From assembly GCA_963666515.2 (NCBI GenBank), contig OY762897.2, forward strand, positions 448,001 to 512,000: a stretch of 64,000 nt of DNA. The letters run 5' to 3'. The DNA is from Candidatus Binatia bacterium (GTDB lineage Bacteria; Desulfobacterota; Binatia; UBA9968; JAJDTQ01). The notes under the pieces were generated by a model. The model was not told the origin of the DNA and made no database searches. It was given only the letters and a program-made list of their open reading frames with translations. A program made the translations under genes and the position numbers. Shown here piece after piece: positions 1-9,436 of the stretch (its first letter is position 1; every line of letters begins with the position of its first letter).

Positions 1-1
1 C

Positions 2-1858
2 TACGGGACGCTCATCAAGAACGCCCGGGCCTACAAGGCCGACGCAGCGCTGGGCGGGGTGCAGGTGCAGCAGCAGGTGTCCGGCAAGGGCGTGGAGGTC
101 ATCGTCGGCGCGGTGACCGATCCGAGCTTCGGCAAGGTGGTGGCCTTCGGACTGGGCGGGGTGCTGGTGGAGGTGCTGCGCGATATCACCTTCCGGCTGG
201 CGCCGGCGAGCCGTGACGACGCCCTCGCCATGCTGGACGGCGTGGCCGCGGCCGAGGTCCTCCGCGGCGTGCGGGGCGGCGCCGCGGTGCACCGCGAGGC
301 CCTGGCCGACATCATCGTCGGCGTCTCGGAGCTGGTGAGCGACTTTCCGGAGATCCGGGAGGTGGACCTCAACCCGGTGCTGGCGGACGCCGACGGCGCC
401 ACCGCGGTGGACAGCGTCATGACAGTGGACTTCGCGCCGCAGCCCGAGCCCTACCGGCCGTCCCAGGACACGATCGTCTCGGCCATGCGGCGCATCATGA
501 ACCCCAGGGCGGTGGCGGTCATCGGCGCGTCGGACGGAGAAGGGAAGATCGGCAACTCGGTGATGAAGAACATCATCAACGGCGGCTACGAGGGCGCCCT
601 CTACCCCATCAACCCCAGGGCCGACGAGATCCTGGGCAAGAAGTGCTACCAGAGCGTCAAGGACATCCCGGAGGACGTGGACGTGGCCATCTTCGCGGTG
701 CCGGCCAAGTTCTGCGCCGCGGCCATGACCGAGGTGGGGGAGAAGGGTATCCCGGGGGCGGTGATGATCCCGTCGGGCTTCGCCGAGGTGGGCGAGAAGG
801 AGATGCAGGAAGAGCTGCTGGCGGAGGCGCGCAAGTATAACGTCCGCGTCATGGGACCCAACATCTATGGCTTCTACTACACCCCCGCCAACCTCTGCGC
901 CACTTTCTGCACGCCCTACGACGTCAAGGGGCCGGTGGCGCTGTCGTCCCAGAGCGGCGGCGTGGGCATGTCCATCATCGGCTTCAGCCGCTCCACCCGG
1001 CTGGGGGTCTCGGCCATCGTCGGGCTTGGGAACAAGTCGGACCTGGACGAGGACGACCTGCTCACCTACTTCGAGCAGGACGACAACACCCAGGTTGTGG
1101 CCATGCACGCCGAGGACCTGAAGGACGGGCGCAGCTTCTACGAGGTGGCCAGCCGGGTGTCGAAGAAGAAGCCCGTGGTGATGCTCAAGGCCGGCCGCAC
1201 CCAGCTCGGCGCCCGCGCCGCGGCCTCCCACACCGGCGCCCTGGCCGGCGACGACAAGGTCTACGACGACCTGCTGAAGGCGTGCGGCGTGGTGCGCGCC
1301 TACTCGCTCAACGACATGCTCCAGTTCGCCCGGGGCCTGTCGGTGCTGCCGACGCCCAAGGGCGAGGAGATCGTCATCATCACCGGCGCCGGCGGCTCCG
1401 GCGTGCTGCTGTCGGACGCGGTGGTGGCCAACGGACTCTCGCTGATGAGGCTCCCCAAGGACCTGGACGAAGGCTTCAAGCAGTTCATCCCGCCCTTCGG
1501 CGCCTCGGGCAACCCCGTGGACATCACCGGCGGCGAGCCTCCCACCACCTACGAGCGGACCATCCGTTACGGGCTGGAAGACGACCGCATCCACGCCTTG
1601 ATCCTGGGCTACTGGCACACGATCATCACGCCGCCCATGGTGTTCGCCGAACTGTGCGCGCGTGTAGTGCAGGAAGGCCGCGACAAGGGCATCGACAAGC
1701 CGGTAGTAGTGTCGCTGGTGGGCGACGTGCAGGTGGAGGAGGCTTCGGAGTACCTCTACGAGCGGGGCATCGTGGCCTGTCCCTACACCACCGAGCTGCC
1801 GGTGGCGATCCTGGGCGCCAAGTACCGGTGGGCAAGGGGCGCGGGGCTGCTGGGATAG
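2..1858 (+). CDS. ADP-forming acyl-CoA synthetase (acetate--CoA ligase family), ATP-grasp domain before CoA-binding domain; 5' end outside window
   Basis: Frame open from base 2 (YGTLIKNARAYKAD...). ATP-grasp motifs EVIVG-DPSFG-FGLGG and DLNP, CoA-binding VAVIGAS, phospho-His motif SHTGALAG. Confidence 0.9.
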   Translation, partial: YGTLIKNARAYKADAALGGVQVQQQVSGKGVEVIVGAVTDPSFGKVVAFGLGGVLVEVLRDITFRLAPASRDDALAMLDGVAAAEVLRGVRGGAAVHREALADIIVGVSELVSDFPEIREVDLNPVLADADGATAVDSVMTVDFAPQPEPYRPSQDTIVSAMRRIMNPRAVAVIGASDGEGKIGNSVMKNIINGGYEGALYPINPRADEILGKKCYQSVKDIPEDVDVAIFAVPAKFCAAAMTEVGEKGIPGAVMIPSGFAEVGEKEMQEELLAEARKYNVRVMGPNIYGFYYTPANLCATFCTPYDVKGPVALSSQSGGVGMSIIGFSRSTRLGVSAIVGLGNKSDLDEDDLLTYFEQDDNTQVVAMHAEDLKDGRSFYEVASRVSKKKPVVMLKAGRTQLGARAAASHTGALAGDDKVYDDLLKACGVVRAYSLNDMLQFARGLSVLPTPKGEEIVIITGAGGSGVLLSDAVVANGLSLMRLPKDLDEGFKQFIPPFGASGNPVDITGGEPPTTYERTIRYGLEDDRIHALILGYWHTIITPPMVFAELCARVVQEGRDKGIDKPVVVSLVGDVQVEEASEYLYERGIVACPYTTELPVAILGAKYRWARGAGLLG

Positions 1859-1968
1859 GCCCAGTTGTTTCGAGTCCGTGCTTCGTTCTTCAAGAAGGAT
1901 GAGGGTAGCGCAGCATAGCTCACGGTTCCCTTACAGGCCGGTGTGTATGGTGAGACGGTAATCACCCT

Positions 1969-2466
1969 ATGGTGACACCGAAGTACTGTGGGGTGATGAT
2001 CAGTAAACTCTTGAATCGGTGGTTTCGGCGTCGAAGAGTTCCTGCGGAGTACGAGCCGTGGCTCAACGACATAGTGCCGTTCATAAACATGTCCTTGCAG
2101 ACAATTGATCGCAGTAAACTCAATGAAGAGAGGCACGGTATGGTGCGAGGGCTTCTCGGACTCTATGTTGCGGGCGTATCGAAATACTACGGGAGAGCTC
2201 GTGGCCTCACATACGGACAGTCTCGGTTCCTTACGATCGAAGTATTGGTGCGTGCAGGATGGCCGGGTGAGGCCGCTTCGTTTATTTTTGATATCTCGCA
2301 GGATGTCGCGCGTTCTCTTTCTGAGCACGTCGATACACACGAAGACGCAATAGACGCCGGACTTCGAGCAGGCCGAGCCTATTTTGAAGATGGCGATGTC
2401 CGTGCCACGATGATGCCGGGGATAAAGCTCCTACAATGGAAACAGGCTGGACTGTGGGAGCCCTGA
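1969..2466 (+). CDS. hypothetical protein, lower GC than flanks
   Basis: 165-aa ORF filling the gap; no recognisable motif; start uncertain (alternative ATG at 1996). Confidence 0.5.
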   Translation: MVTPKYCGVMISKLLNRWFRRRRVPAEYEPWLNDIVPFINMSLQTIDRSKLNEERHGMVRGLLGLYVAGVSKYYGRARGLTYGQSRFLTIEVLVRAGWPGEAASFIFDISQDVARSLSEHVDTHEDAIDAGLRAGRAYFEDGDVRATMMPGIKLLQWKQAGLWEP

Positions 2467-2535
2467 CACGAAGGGTCGGTTGGGTTAGGAGATGGTCCCA
2501 GAAGGGCCAGCACATCATCAAATCGGAGGTTTATT

Positions 2536-3492
2536 GTGGAACGACTGCCTCGCGGGGCGAACTTTCAGCGCAGCCTGATGCTGTGGCAGATCGGGCTGCA
2601 CGTCGCCGGCGACCCGAACGAGCCGTACTACGGCAACCGGGACATGTGCATTTCGGTGGGGAGCGGGTCGGCGGAGAACTTCCGCCCCTGGCTGCGCATG
2701 TCCACGGGCTCGCCCATCATCGCCCACGCGGTGGCCAAGGGCGACCTGGAGATGTCCATGGTCAACCCGTCCGCCTTCCTCACCCAGGCATACCGGGGCA
2801 CCGGGCTCTTCAAGGAGCCGCTGCCGCTCCGGGTGGTGGCCTGCTACCCTTCCTGGGACCGCTTCGTGTTTATGATCCACCCGCGAACGGGAATTACCTC
2901 CTTGTCCCAGATCAAGGAGCGGAAGTATCCGTTGCGACTTTCCATCCGCGAGGACGCTACCCACTCCACCCGGGTGCTGCTGGACCAGACCCTGGAGATA
3001 TACGACTTCACCCTCGCCGATCTCGAATCGTGGGGCGGCGGCCTGCAACTCAACGGCGGGCCGGGGGACGAGCGCCGCATGGCCGCGCTCAAGGACGAGA
3101 CCATCGACGCCGTGTTCGACGAGGGCTTGGTGTTGTGGTTCGACGACGCGCTGTCGCGCGGCATGGAGCCGGTCACCCCGGACGATTTCGCCATGGAGCG
3201 GCTCAACGCCCTGGGCTGGCGCACGGTGACCATGCCGGCGGGCTGCTACCCGCACCTCAAGGCCGACCACACCTGCATCGACTACGGCGGCTGGCCCCTC
3301 TACACTCGCGCCTCCCTCCCGGATGAGGACGTCTACAAGGTGTGCGCGGCGCTGAAGGAGCGCCAGAACGAGATCTACTGGGAGACGCTGACCGGCATCG
3401 ACCAGTTGTGGAAGGATACGGACGCCACGCCCCTGGACGTGCCGCTCCATTCCGGAGCGGAGAAGTGGTGCAGGGAGCAGGGCTACCTTTGA
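2536..3492 (+). CDS. TAXI/NMT1-like periplasmic-binding-fold protein without signal peptide
   Basis: GGAGG RBS before GTG; motifs GITSLSQIKE, IDAVFDEG, LPDEDVYKVC and C-terminal VPLHSGAEKW resemble TAXI receptors. Confidence 0.65.
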   Translation: MERLPRGANFQRSLMLWQIGLHVAGDPNEPYYGNRDMCISVGSGSAENFRPWLRMSTGSPIIAHAVAKGDLEMSMVNPSAFLTQAYRGTGLFKEPLPLRVVACYPSWDRFVFMIHPRTGITSLSQIKERKYPLRLSIREDATHSTRVLLDQTLEIYDFTLADLESWGGGLQLNGGPGDERRMAALKDETIDAVFDEGLVLWFDDALSRGMEPVTPDDFAMERLNALGWRTVTMPAGCYPHLKADHTCIDYGGWPLYTRASLPDEDVYKVCAALKERQNEIYWETLTGIDQLWKDTDATPLDVPLHSGAEKWCREQGYL

Positions 3493-3562
3493 TGGACGCC
3501 GACACCCTCGCCGCGGCCGCAGACCGTTCCCGCGACGGGCGAGGAGCGCACGCAGAACAATC

Positions 3563-4999
3563 ATGATGGACCTGCAGGACATGACCCTCGCCGAGGCTGC
3601 GCGCCGCATCGAAGCGCGCGAGGTCTCCCCGGTGGAGTTGACCCAGGCGTACCTGGACCGCATCGACCGGTTGGACCCCGAGCTCAACACTTTCGTCACC
3701 TTGACCCGGGCGCGGGCGCTGGAGGACGCGGCCAAGGCCGAGGCCGATCTGGCTGCGGGCCGTTACCTTGGCGCGCTCCACGGCATTCCAGTCTCCATCA
3801 AGGACAACCTCGCCACCGCTGGTGTCCGCACCACCGCCGGCTCGAAGCACCTGTCCGACTGGGTTCCGGACGAGGACGCGACGGTGGTGGCACGGCTCAG
3901 GCAGGCCGGGGCGGTGATCCTCGGCAAGACCAACATGCACGAGTGGGCCGCCGGCTGCTCCACCATCAATCCCTGGTACGGCACTACCCGCAATCCCTGG
4001 GACCGGAATCGGGTGTCGGGCGGGTCGAGCGGCGGTTCGGCCGCGTCCGTGGCCGCGGGGCTGGCGCTGGGGTCCATCGGCACCGACAACGCGGGCTCCG
4101 TGCGCAATCCGGCGTCCCTGTGCGGGGTGGTGGGGCTCAAGGCCACCTACGGCCGGGTCAGCCGGTTCGGCGGCGTCGCCGGCACCGGCGGGTACACTAC
4201 CGACCACTTCGGCGTCCTCACCCGGACGGTGCGGGACAGCGGGCTCATGCTCCAGGCCATCGCCGGCCCGGACCCCAGGGATCCGTTGTCCAGCGACACT
4301 CCGGTGCCGGATTTCAGCGCGCGGGTGGGGGAGGGCGTGGCCGGTCTCAGAATCGGCATCGTCCGCGAATACTTCGACGCCCTCGCGGCGGACGAGGTTA
4401 AGGACGCGGTAGCAACGGCGGTTGAACTGTTGGAGTCCCTCGGCATGTCCGTGCAGGAACTGTCGGTTCCGTACGTGGAACACATCCCCATGGTGCAGCT
4501 CGTCACCGCGCGGGTGGAGAACCTGTCCCCCGCGGACTCGTTCCTGCGCGCCCGGCCGCGGGACTACAGCCCCGGGTTGATGTACCGGCAGGTTCACGCG
4601 CTGACGCTCCCCGCCCATGCGTACGTCACCGCGCAAAGAGTCCGCCGTCTTGTCTGCGAGGCCTTCGACCGGGCCTTCGAGCAGGTGGACGTGATCGTGA
4701 GCCCGGCGGTGAGCATGCCGGCGGAGACCATCGAGGAGTGGGAGCAAGGGTACGTGGAAACGGCGGGAGGGCGAATCCCGCTGTCGGACGGCCGCGGCAC
4801 CCGGGGAACCCTGTGCACCATCCCTTTCAATGTCACCGGCGCGCCCGCGGTAAGCGTGCCGTGCGGCTTTTCTTCCGAAGGCCTGCCCGTCGGCCTGCAG
4901 ATCGCCGCACCCCATTTCCAGGAGCCGGCGCTGCTGCGGGTGGCCCACGCCTACGAGCAGGCGGCCGGATGGCACGCCCGGAGGCCGCCGGGTTGCTGA
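3563..4999 (+). CDS. amidase-signature family amidase
   Basis: LHGIPVSIKD, GKTNMHE, GGSSGGSAA, GTDNAGSVRNPA (Lys-Ser-Ser triad). Confidence 0.92.
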   Translation: MMDLQDMTLAEAARRIEAREVSPVELTQAYLDRIDRLDPELNTFVTLTRARALEDAAKAEADLAAGRYLGALHGIPVSIKDNLATAGVRTTAGSKHLSDWVPDEDATVVARLRQAGAVILGKTNMHEWAAGCSTINPWYGTTRNPWDRNRVSGGSSGGSAASVAAGLALGSIGTDNAGSVRNPASLCGVVGLKATYGRVSRFGGVAGTGGYTTDHFGVLTRTVRDSGLMLQAIAGPDPRDPLSSDTPVPDFSARVGEGVAGLRIGIVREYFDALAADEVKDAVATAVELLESLGMSVQELSVPYVEHIPMVQLVTARVENLSPADSFLRARPRDYSPGLMYRQVHALTLPAHAYVTAQRVRRLVCEAFDRAFEQVDVIVSPAVSMPAETIEEWEQGYVETAGGRIPLSDGRGTRGTLCTIPFNVTGAPAVSVPCGFSSEGLPVGLQIAAPHFQEPALLRVAHAYEQAAGWHARRPPGC

Positions 5000-5171
5000 C
5001 AATCCCACTTCTTTCGGGTCTGCGGCTAAAGTGCCGTCCGGCGGCGCCGAATTACTACCATAGGGAAGGTGTTCGCTTTGGATGCAGCGGCGAGGCTACG
5101 GCGTCGTTTGATATCCAGTGGCGGAAAGAACTATCATGGTCGCCCGGAGCCGGCGGATTGGGGAGACGGGC

Positions 5172-5429
5172 ATGTCTGTATCGGAATGGACAGGAATCAC
5201 GCAAGCCGCCGTCAGTCTGCTGATGGTCGGCGTTGTATGGGCCGGCATCTTGGTGATGCGCCGGGCTGGGGATCAGCGCTCCAAGCGCGAAGACCAACAC
5301 CACGCCGAAGCCATGGCCGCTCACAAGGAAGTCATGGCTTCACACAAGGAAGCCATGACCGTACACGGCGCCTCGCACGCCGAAGCCATGCGCGCGCTCG
5401 AGGCCTTGATCGAACGCACCGGTCGATAA
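5172..5429 (+). CDS. small membrane protein with His/Met heptad repeats
   Basis: GGGAGA RBS before ATG 5172; one hydrophobic helix (AAVSLLMVGVVWAGILVM), then HxE(A/V)M repeats. Confidence 0.6.
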   Translation: MSVSEWTGITQAAVSLLMVGVVWAGILVMRRAGDQRSKREDQHHAEAMAAHKEVMASHKEAMTVHGASHAEAMRALEALIERTGR

Positions 5430-5475
5430 CGTGGATGGATCACCTCGATATCGAGTGTAAACAGGCCCTCCCCTC

Positions 5476-6549
5476 ATGAGACACCGAGACGTAGGCGTGC
5501 TGGTTTACGACAGGGCGAAGGCGACGCCGGGCTACACTCTGATCGTGCCGCAGTCGTCGCGCAAGGCGTACCTCATCGGCATGCGCGGCGAGGTGCTCCA
5601 CGAGTGGTCGTTTCCGCTGTGTCCGGGAAACTACGCCTACCTCCTGCCCAACGGCAATCTGCTGTGGGCCGGCCGGGTGGAGGACGCGGGGCCGCCGCTT
5701 TGGCGCGGCAAGGGCGGCCTTCTGCGGGAATACACCTGGGAAGGGGAGGTGGTCTGGGAGTACTCCGACCCGGCCCAGCACCACGACTTCCGCAGGCGCC
5801 CCGACGGCAACACCATCTACATCGGCTGGGAGCCGGTGCCGGCGGACGTGCAGCCGCGCATCAAGGGCGGCTACCCCGGCAGCGAGCACGAAGGCGTCAT
5901 CTACGGCGACTACGTGCGCGAGGTGTCTCCTTCGGGCGAGACGGTGTGGGAATGGCACGCGTGGCGCGACCTGGACCTGGAACGGTGGGAGCTGTGCCAC
6001 TCCTGCGGCCGCGACGAGTTCGCCCACGCCAACGCCTGTTTCCCGCTCGACGACGGCGGCGTGATGCTGAGCTTCCGGCGCCTGAACGCCATCATGATGA
6101 TCGACCGTGAGACCTGCAAGGTGAGGTGGTCGCATCAGGACGCTACCTGGGGCCACCAGCACGACTGCACGGTGCTGCCCAACGGCAACATCCTGCTCTT
6201 CGCCAACGGCATTCACGGCCTGGACAACCCGTTCTCACGGGTCATCGAGCTGGACCCCAAGTCAGGGGAAACCGTCTGGCACTACCGGGGCTCGCCCATC
6301 TGGACGTTCTTCAGCCCCAACATCAGCGGCGCCCAGCGCTTCGACAACGGCAACACGCTCATCTGCGAGGGCCAGATGGGACGGGCCTTCGAGGTCACCC
6401 AGGCGGGCGAGATCGTCTGGGAGTACGTCTGTCCGTTCTTTGCGGATTACCAGGGCCGCGGCCCGGCCAACAGCATGTTCCGGGTCTACCGCTACGCCGC
6501 GGACTCGCCGGAGATCGGCGGGCGGCTGACGACGGGGGTAGCGTGGTGA
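5476..6549 (+). CDS. arylsulfotransferase (ASST) family beta-propeller protein
   Basis: Motifs QHHDF, VWEW, HANA, HQHD, FANG, SRVIE, ISGAQRFDNGNTLICEG. Confidence 0.85.
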   Translation: MRHRDVGVLVYDRAKATPGYTLIVPQSSRKAYLIGMRGEVLHEWSFPLCPGNYAYLLPNGNLLWAGRVEDAGPPLWRGKGGLLREYTWEGEVVWEYSDPAQHHDFRRRPDGNTIYIGWEPVPADVQPRIKGGYPGSEHEGVIYGDYVREVSPSGETVWEWHAWRDLDLERWELCHSCGRDEFAHANACFPLDDGGVMLSFRRLNAIMMIDRETCKVRWSHQDATWGHQHDCTVLPNGNILLFANGIHGLDNPFSRVIELDPKSGETVWHYRGSPIWTFFSPNISGAQRFDNGNTLICEGQMGRAFEVTQAGEIVWEYVCPFFADYQGRGPANSMFRVYRYAADSPEIGGRLTTGVAW

Positions 6550-6624
6550 CGGCGACTTGCGGGACCCCGAAAGTTCCGCGCCTGTCGCCGAATATTCAGG
6601 GCCGCGCCAAGCCCGCCGCCCCTG

Positions 6625-7503
6625 TCAGACTTTCCTGAAGTGCAGGATTCCCCACTGCAGGTAGCCCCGCTCCCCGCCTTCCACCCAGTGCCGCAGGCCG
6701 GTCTTGACGCGTTGCACGCGGTCGGCGCCGCACTGTTTCGTCAGGTCCTGCTCATTGGCGAGCAATCCCTCGAGGATCCGTCCGTAGTGAGTGGCCAAGT
6801 GCGGCGTGAGGTCGGCGAATTCCAGTTCCTGAAAACCCAGTTCCGACAGCATCGCCCGGTACTCCCGAAGGGAACCGAGGGAGTCCAGGTGGACGCGGTC
6901 GAGGATGGGTTGCAGGGCTTCGGGTGGGCAAAGCTCACCCACCATGGGATCGGTGAAGATGAACTGTCCGCCCTTGCGCAGCACCCGGCCGACCTCGGCG
7001 AAGACCTGCCGCCGCCGGGTGCTGTGCAGGATGGCGTCCTGAGACCACACCACGTCGAAGCTCTCGTCCGTCACGGGGATGTCTTCGAAGCTCCCGTCCA
7101 CCACGTTGATGGCCAGGGAGCACCTGTCCCTGGCGTTGAGATCCCGGTTGCGCGCGTTCTGGGCGTCGCTCAGGTTGAGGCACGCCACGTGGCATCCGTA
7201 TTGGCGGAACAGGTAACGGGCCGACCCGCCGTGGCCCGCGCCGATGTCCAACACGCGGGTGCCGGGGCCAAGTCCCTGGATCATGGAGGCGATGCGCTCC
7301 ACGGTGCGCAGGCCGGCTTCGTCGACCGTGTCCCGGTCGCTCTCGTAGATGCCCAGATGAAGGTGCTCGTCGCCGTACGAGATATCGTAGATCGCGCGCA
7401 CGTCATTGCTGTTGTAGTAGCTTCTGACCGCCTCCACGGCCTCGGAGTAGTGGGCCTCCACGGGAGCGTCGCCGGGCCGGCCGGACCCGCCTGTTTCGTT
7501 CAT
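6625..7503 (-). CDS. sarcosine/dimethylglycine N-methyltransferase-like protein (diverged paralog)
   Basis: SAM motif VLDIGAGHGG; DVVWSQDAILHS and LQWGILHFRK; closely parallels the C-terminal half of the upstream gene. Confidence 0.8.
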   Translation of the reverse strand: MNETGGSGRPGDAPVEAHYSEAVEAVRSYYNSNDVRAIYDISYGDEHLHLGIYESDRDTVDEAGLRTVERIASMIQGLGPGTRVLDIGAGHGGSARYLFRQYGCHVACLNLSDAQNARNRDLNARDRCSLAINVVDGSFEDIPVTDESFDVVWSQDAILHSTRRRQVFAEVGRVLRKGGQFIFTDPMVGELCPPEALQPILDRVHLDSLGSLREYRAMLSELGFQELEFADLTPHLATHYGRILEGLLANEQDLTKQCGADRVQRVKTGLRHWVEGGERGYLQWGILHFRKV

Positions 7504-7515
7504 CGTCGAAGTCCT

Positions 7516-9168
7516 TCAGGCCTTCCGGAAATGGAGGATGCCCCACTGGAGATGGCCCGTGTTGCCACCGTCCACCCAGTGCTGCAGGCCGGCCTTCATC
7601 CGGTCGATGTACTCGGCGCTGCACACTTTCAGCAGCTCCCAGTGATTGGCCTGCACCTCGTCCAGGACCCGCGCGTAGTGGGTGGCGAGCTGCGGCGTGA
7701 GGTCGATGAACTCGATCTCCTCGAAGCCCAGGCCCGACAGCATCGTCCGGTATTGCGGGACGGACCCCAGGGAATCCAGGTGGATGCGGTCCAGGATGGG
7801 TTGCAGCACCTCGGTCGGGCAATCCTCGCGTTGCATGGGGTCGGTGAAGATGAACTGTCCGCCCCTGGCAAGGACCCGGTCCACTTCCTCGAACACCTGC
7901 CGCCGGTTGCCGCTGTGCAGGATGGCGTCCTGGGACCACACCACGTCCACGCTGTCGTCCGGCATGGGAATCTGCTCGAAGCTCCCGTCCACCACGTTGA
8001 TGGCCAGAGAGCACTTTCTCCGGGCGTTGAGGTCGCGGTTCCGCGCGTTCTGGACCTCGCTCAGGTTCAGGCATCCGACCTGGCAGCCGTAGTTGTCGAC
8101 CAGGTATCGCGCCGACCCGCCGTACCCGGAGCCGATGTCCAGCACGCGGGTGGTGGGCCCCAGCCCGTCGATCATGGACGCCATCTTCCGCACCGTCCTG
8201 CGGCTGGCGTCGAAGATGGTGTCTCCTTCACCCTCGTAGAGGCCGACGTGGATGTCCTCGCCGCCCCACACGGTGGCGTAGAAGCGGTCGGCGTCGTTGC
8301 TGTTGTAGTAGTCCCGCGCCGTCTCCACCGTTTCGGAGTACGTGGTTCCCACCGCGACCCTGGCAGGCCGCTCCTCGTTCTTGTAGAGCTTCTCGGCCAC
8401 GTGGATGAAGAAGTCGGGGTCTTCGACCCGGTGGGTTTCCTGGAAGTCGGCGAAGGTCTTCACCTGCTGGAAGCCGACCTCGCCCATGAGCTTCCGGACG
8501 TAGTCCTTGCGCAGCGGGAACATGTTCAGGTGGAACACCGAGTTGTCGGGGAACTCGTAGCGGAACCGGGCCAGCCCCTCGTCCACGTATTCGGGCTCGG
8601 CGCTGACGTTCTCGCCGCAGTAGTAGTAGATGTGCTTGGAAGTGAACCCATCGTCGAGGATGTTGTCGTAGTTCCGTTGATCCAGGACCAGGACGCCGTC
8701 GTGCTGCAGCACCGAGTAGAACTCGGCGAGCGCTTTCCGGCGATCCTGCTCCGAGAACAGATGGGTCAGCGAGTTTCCCAGACAGATGACCGCGTCATAC
8801 TGGGTGTGGACGTCCCGGCTCAGCCACCGCCAGTCCGCGTGAAGGGTCTTCATGATGAAGCCCTGCTCCTTGGCGTTCTCGAAGGCCTGGGCCAGCATCT
8901 CGGGGCTGCCGTCCACGCTGGTGACGTCGAACCCGGCCTTCAGGAGCCGGATGGAGTGGAAGCCGGTCCCGGTGGCCACGTCCAGCACGCGCTCCACGCC
9001 GCGCTCCTTGAGAATGTTGATGAAAAAGTCCCCTTCGCTGGCGGCGCGGGCGTCCCAGTCGATCAGCTCGTCCCATTTGCGGACGAAGCTGTGCACGTAT
9101 TCGCGCTTGTACTGGTCGGTCTTCCGCTGGGCGATGGGGTTGTCGCCATACAATTGCTCCTCGGCCAC
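7516..9168 (-). CDS. glycine/sarcosine/dimethylglycine N-methyltransferase (GSMT-SDMT fusion; glycine betaine synthesis)
   Basis: AGGAGG RBS before GTG 9168. GSMT domain (KWDELIDW, VLDVATGTGFHS, CLGNSLTHL, DQRNYD, YYYCG) plus SDMT domain (YYNSNDADRFY, WGGEDIHVG, WSQDAILHS). Confidence 0.9.
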   Translation of the reverse strand: MAEEQLYGDNPIAQRKTDQYKREYVHSFVRKWDELIDWDARAASEGDFFINILKERGVERVLDVATGTGFHSIRLLKAGFDVTSVDGSPEMLAQAFENAKEQGFIMKTLHADWRWLSRDVHTQYDAVICLGNSLTHLFSEQDRRKALAEFYSVLQHDGVLVLDQRNYDNILDDGFTSKHIYYYCGENVSAEPEYVDEGLARFRYEFPDNSVFHLNMFPLRKDYVRKLMGEVGFQQVKTFADFQETHRVEDPDFFIHVAEKLYKNEERPARVAVGTTYSETVETARDYYNSNDADRFYATVWGGEDIHVGLYEGEGDTIFDASRRTVRKMASMIDGLGPTTRVLDIGSGYGGSARYLVDNYGCQVGCLNLSEVQNARNRDLNARRKCSLAINVVDGSFEQIPMPDDSVDVVWSQDAILHSGNRRQVFEEVDRVLARGGQFIFTDPMQREDCPTEVLQPILDRIHLDSLGSVPQYRTMLSGLGFEEIEFIDLTPQLATHYARVLDEVQANHWELLKVCSAEYIDRMKAGLQHWVDGGNTGHLQWGILHFRKA

Positions 9169-9436
9169 AATACACCTCCTCGGTTGTGGGCCTGACAGCG
9201 CCGTTCGCGCCTGCACGGACTCTTCAGCCTTGAAAATGGCAGGACAAAAGGCAGGAAACCACTAGTCTCCCAACATTGGTCCAACAAAGTCAACCCCGTC
9301 AAAATCGTCCGGCCGTGCCGCAACGGCGTGAATCCGGGCTTCGTTGTGTCCCGGTGACAGGAATGTTATAAGGCGCGCACGAAACCGCGGGCGGCCATTG
9401 ACCTACTGTTCATCTCCATAGAGAGGGACCATCATC

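Noticed and set aside
3563-4999. gatA
   Set aside because: No gatB or gatC adjacent; only the generic amidase signature is present.
6640-9195. Long antisense ORFs (e.g. 6640..9195, 23080..25992, 31978..34926, 49544..52672, 59765..61990)
   Set aside because: Shadow frames of real high-GC genes; no motifs or RBS.
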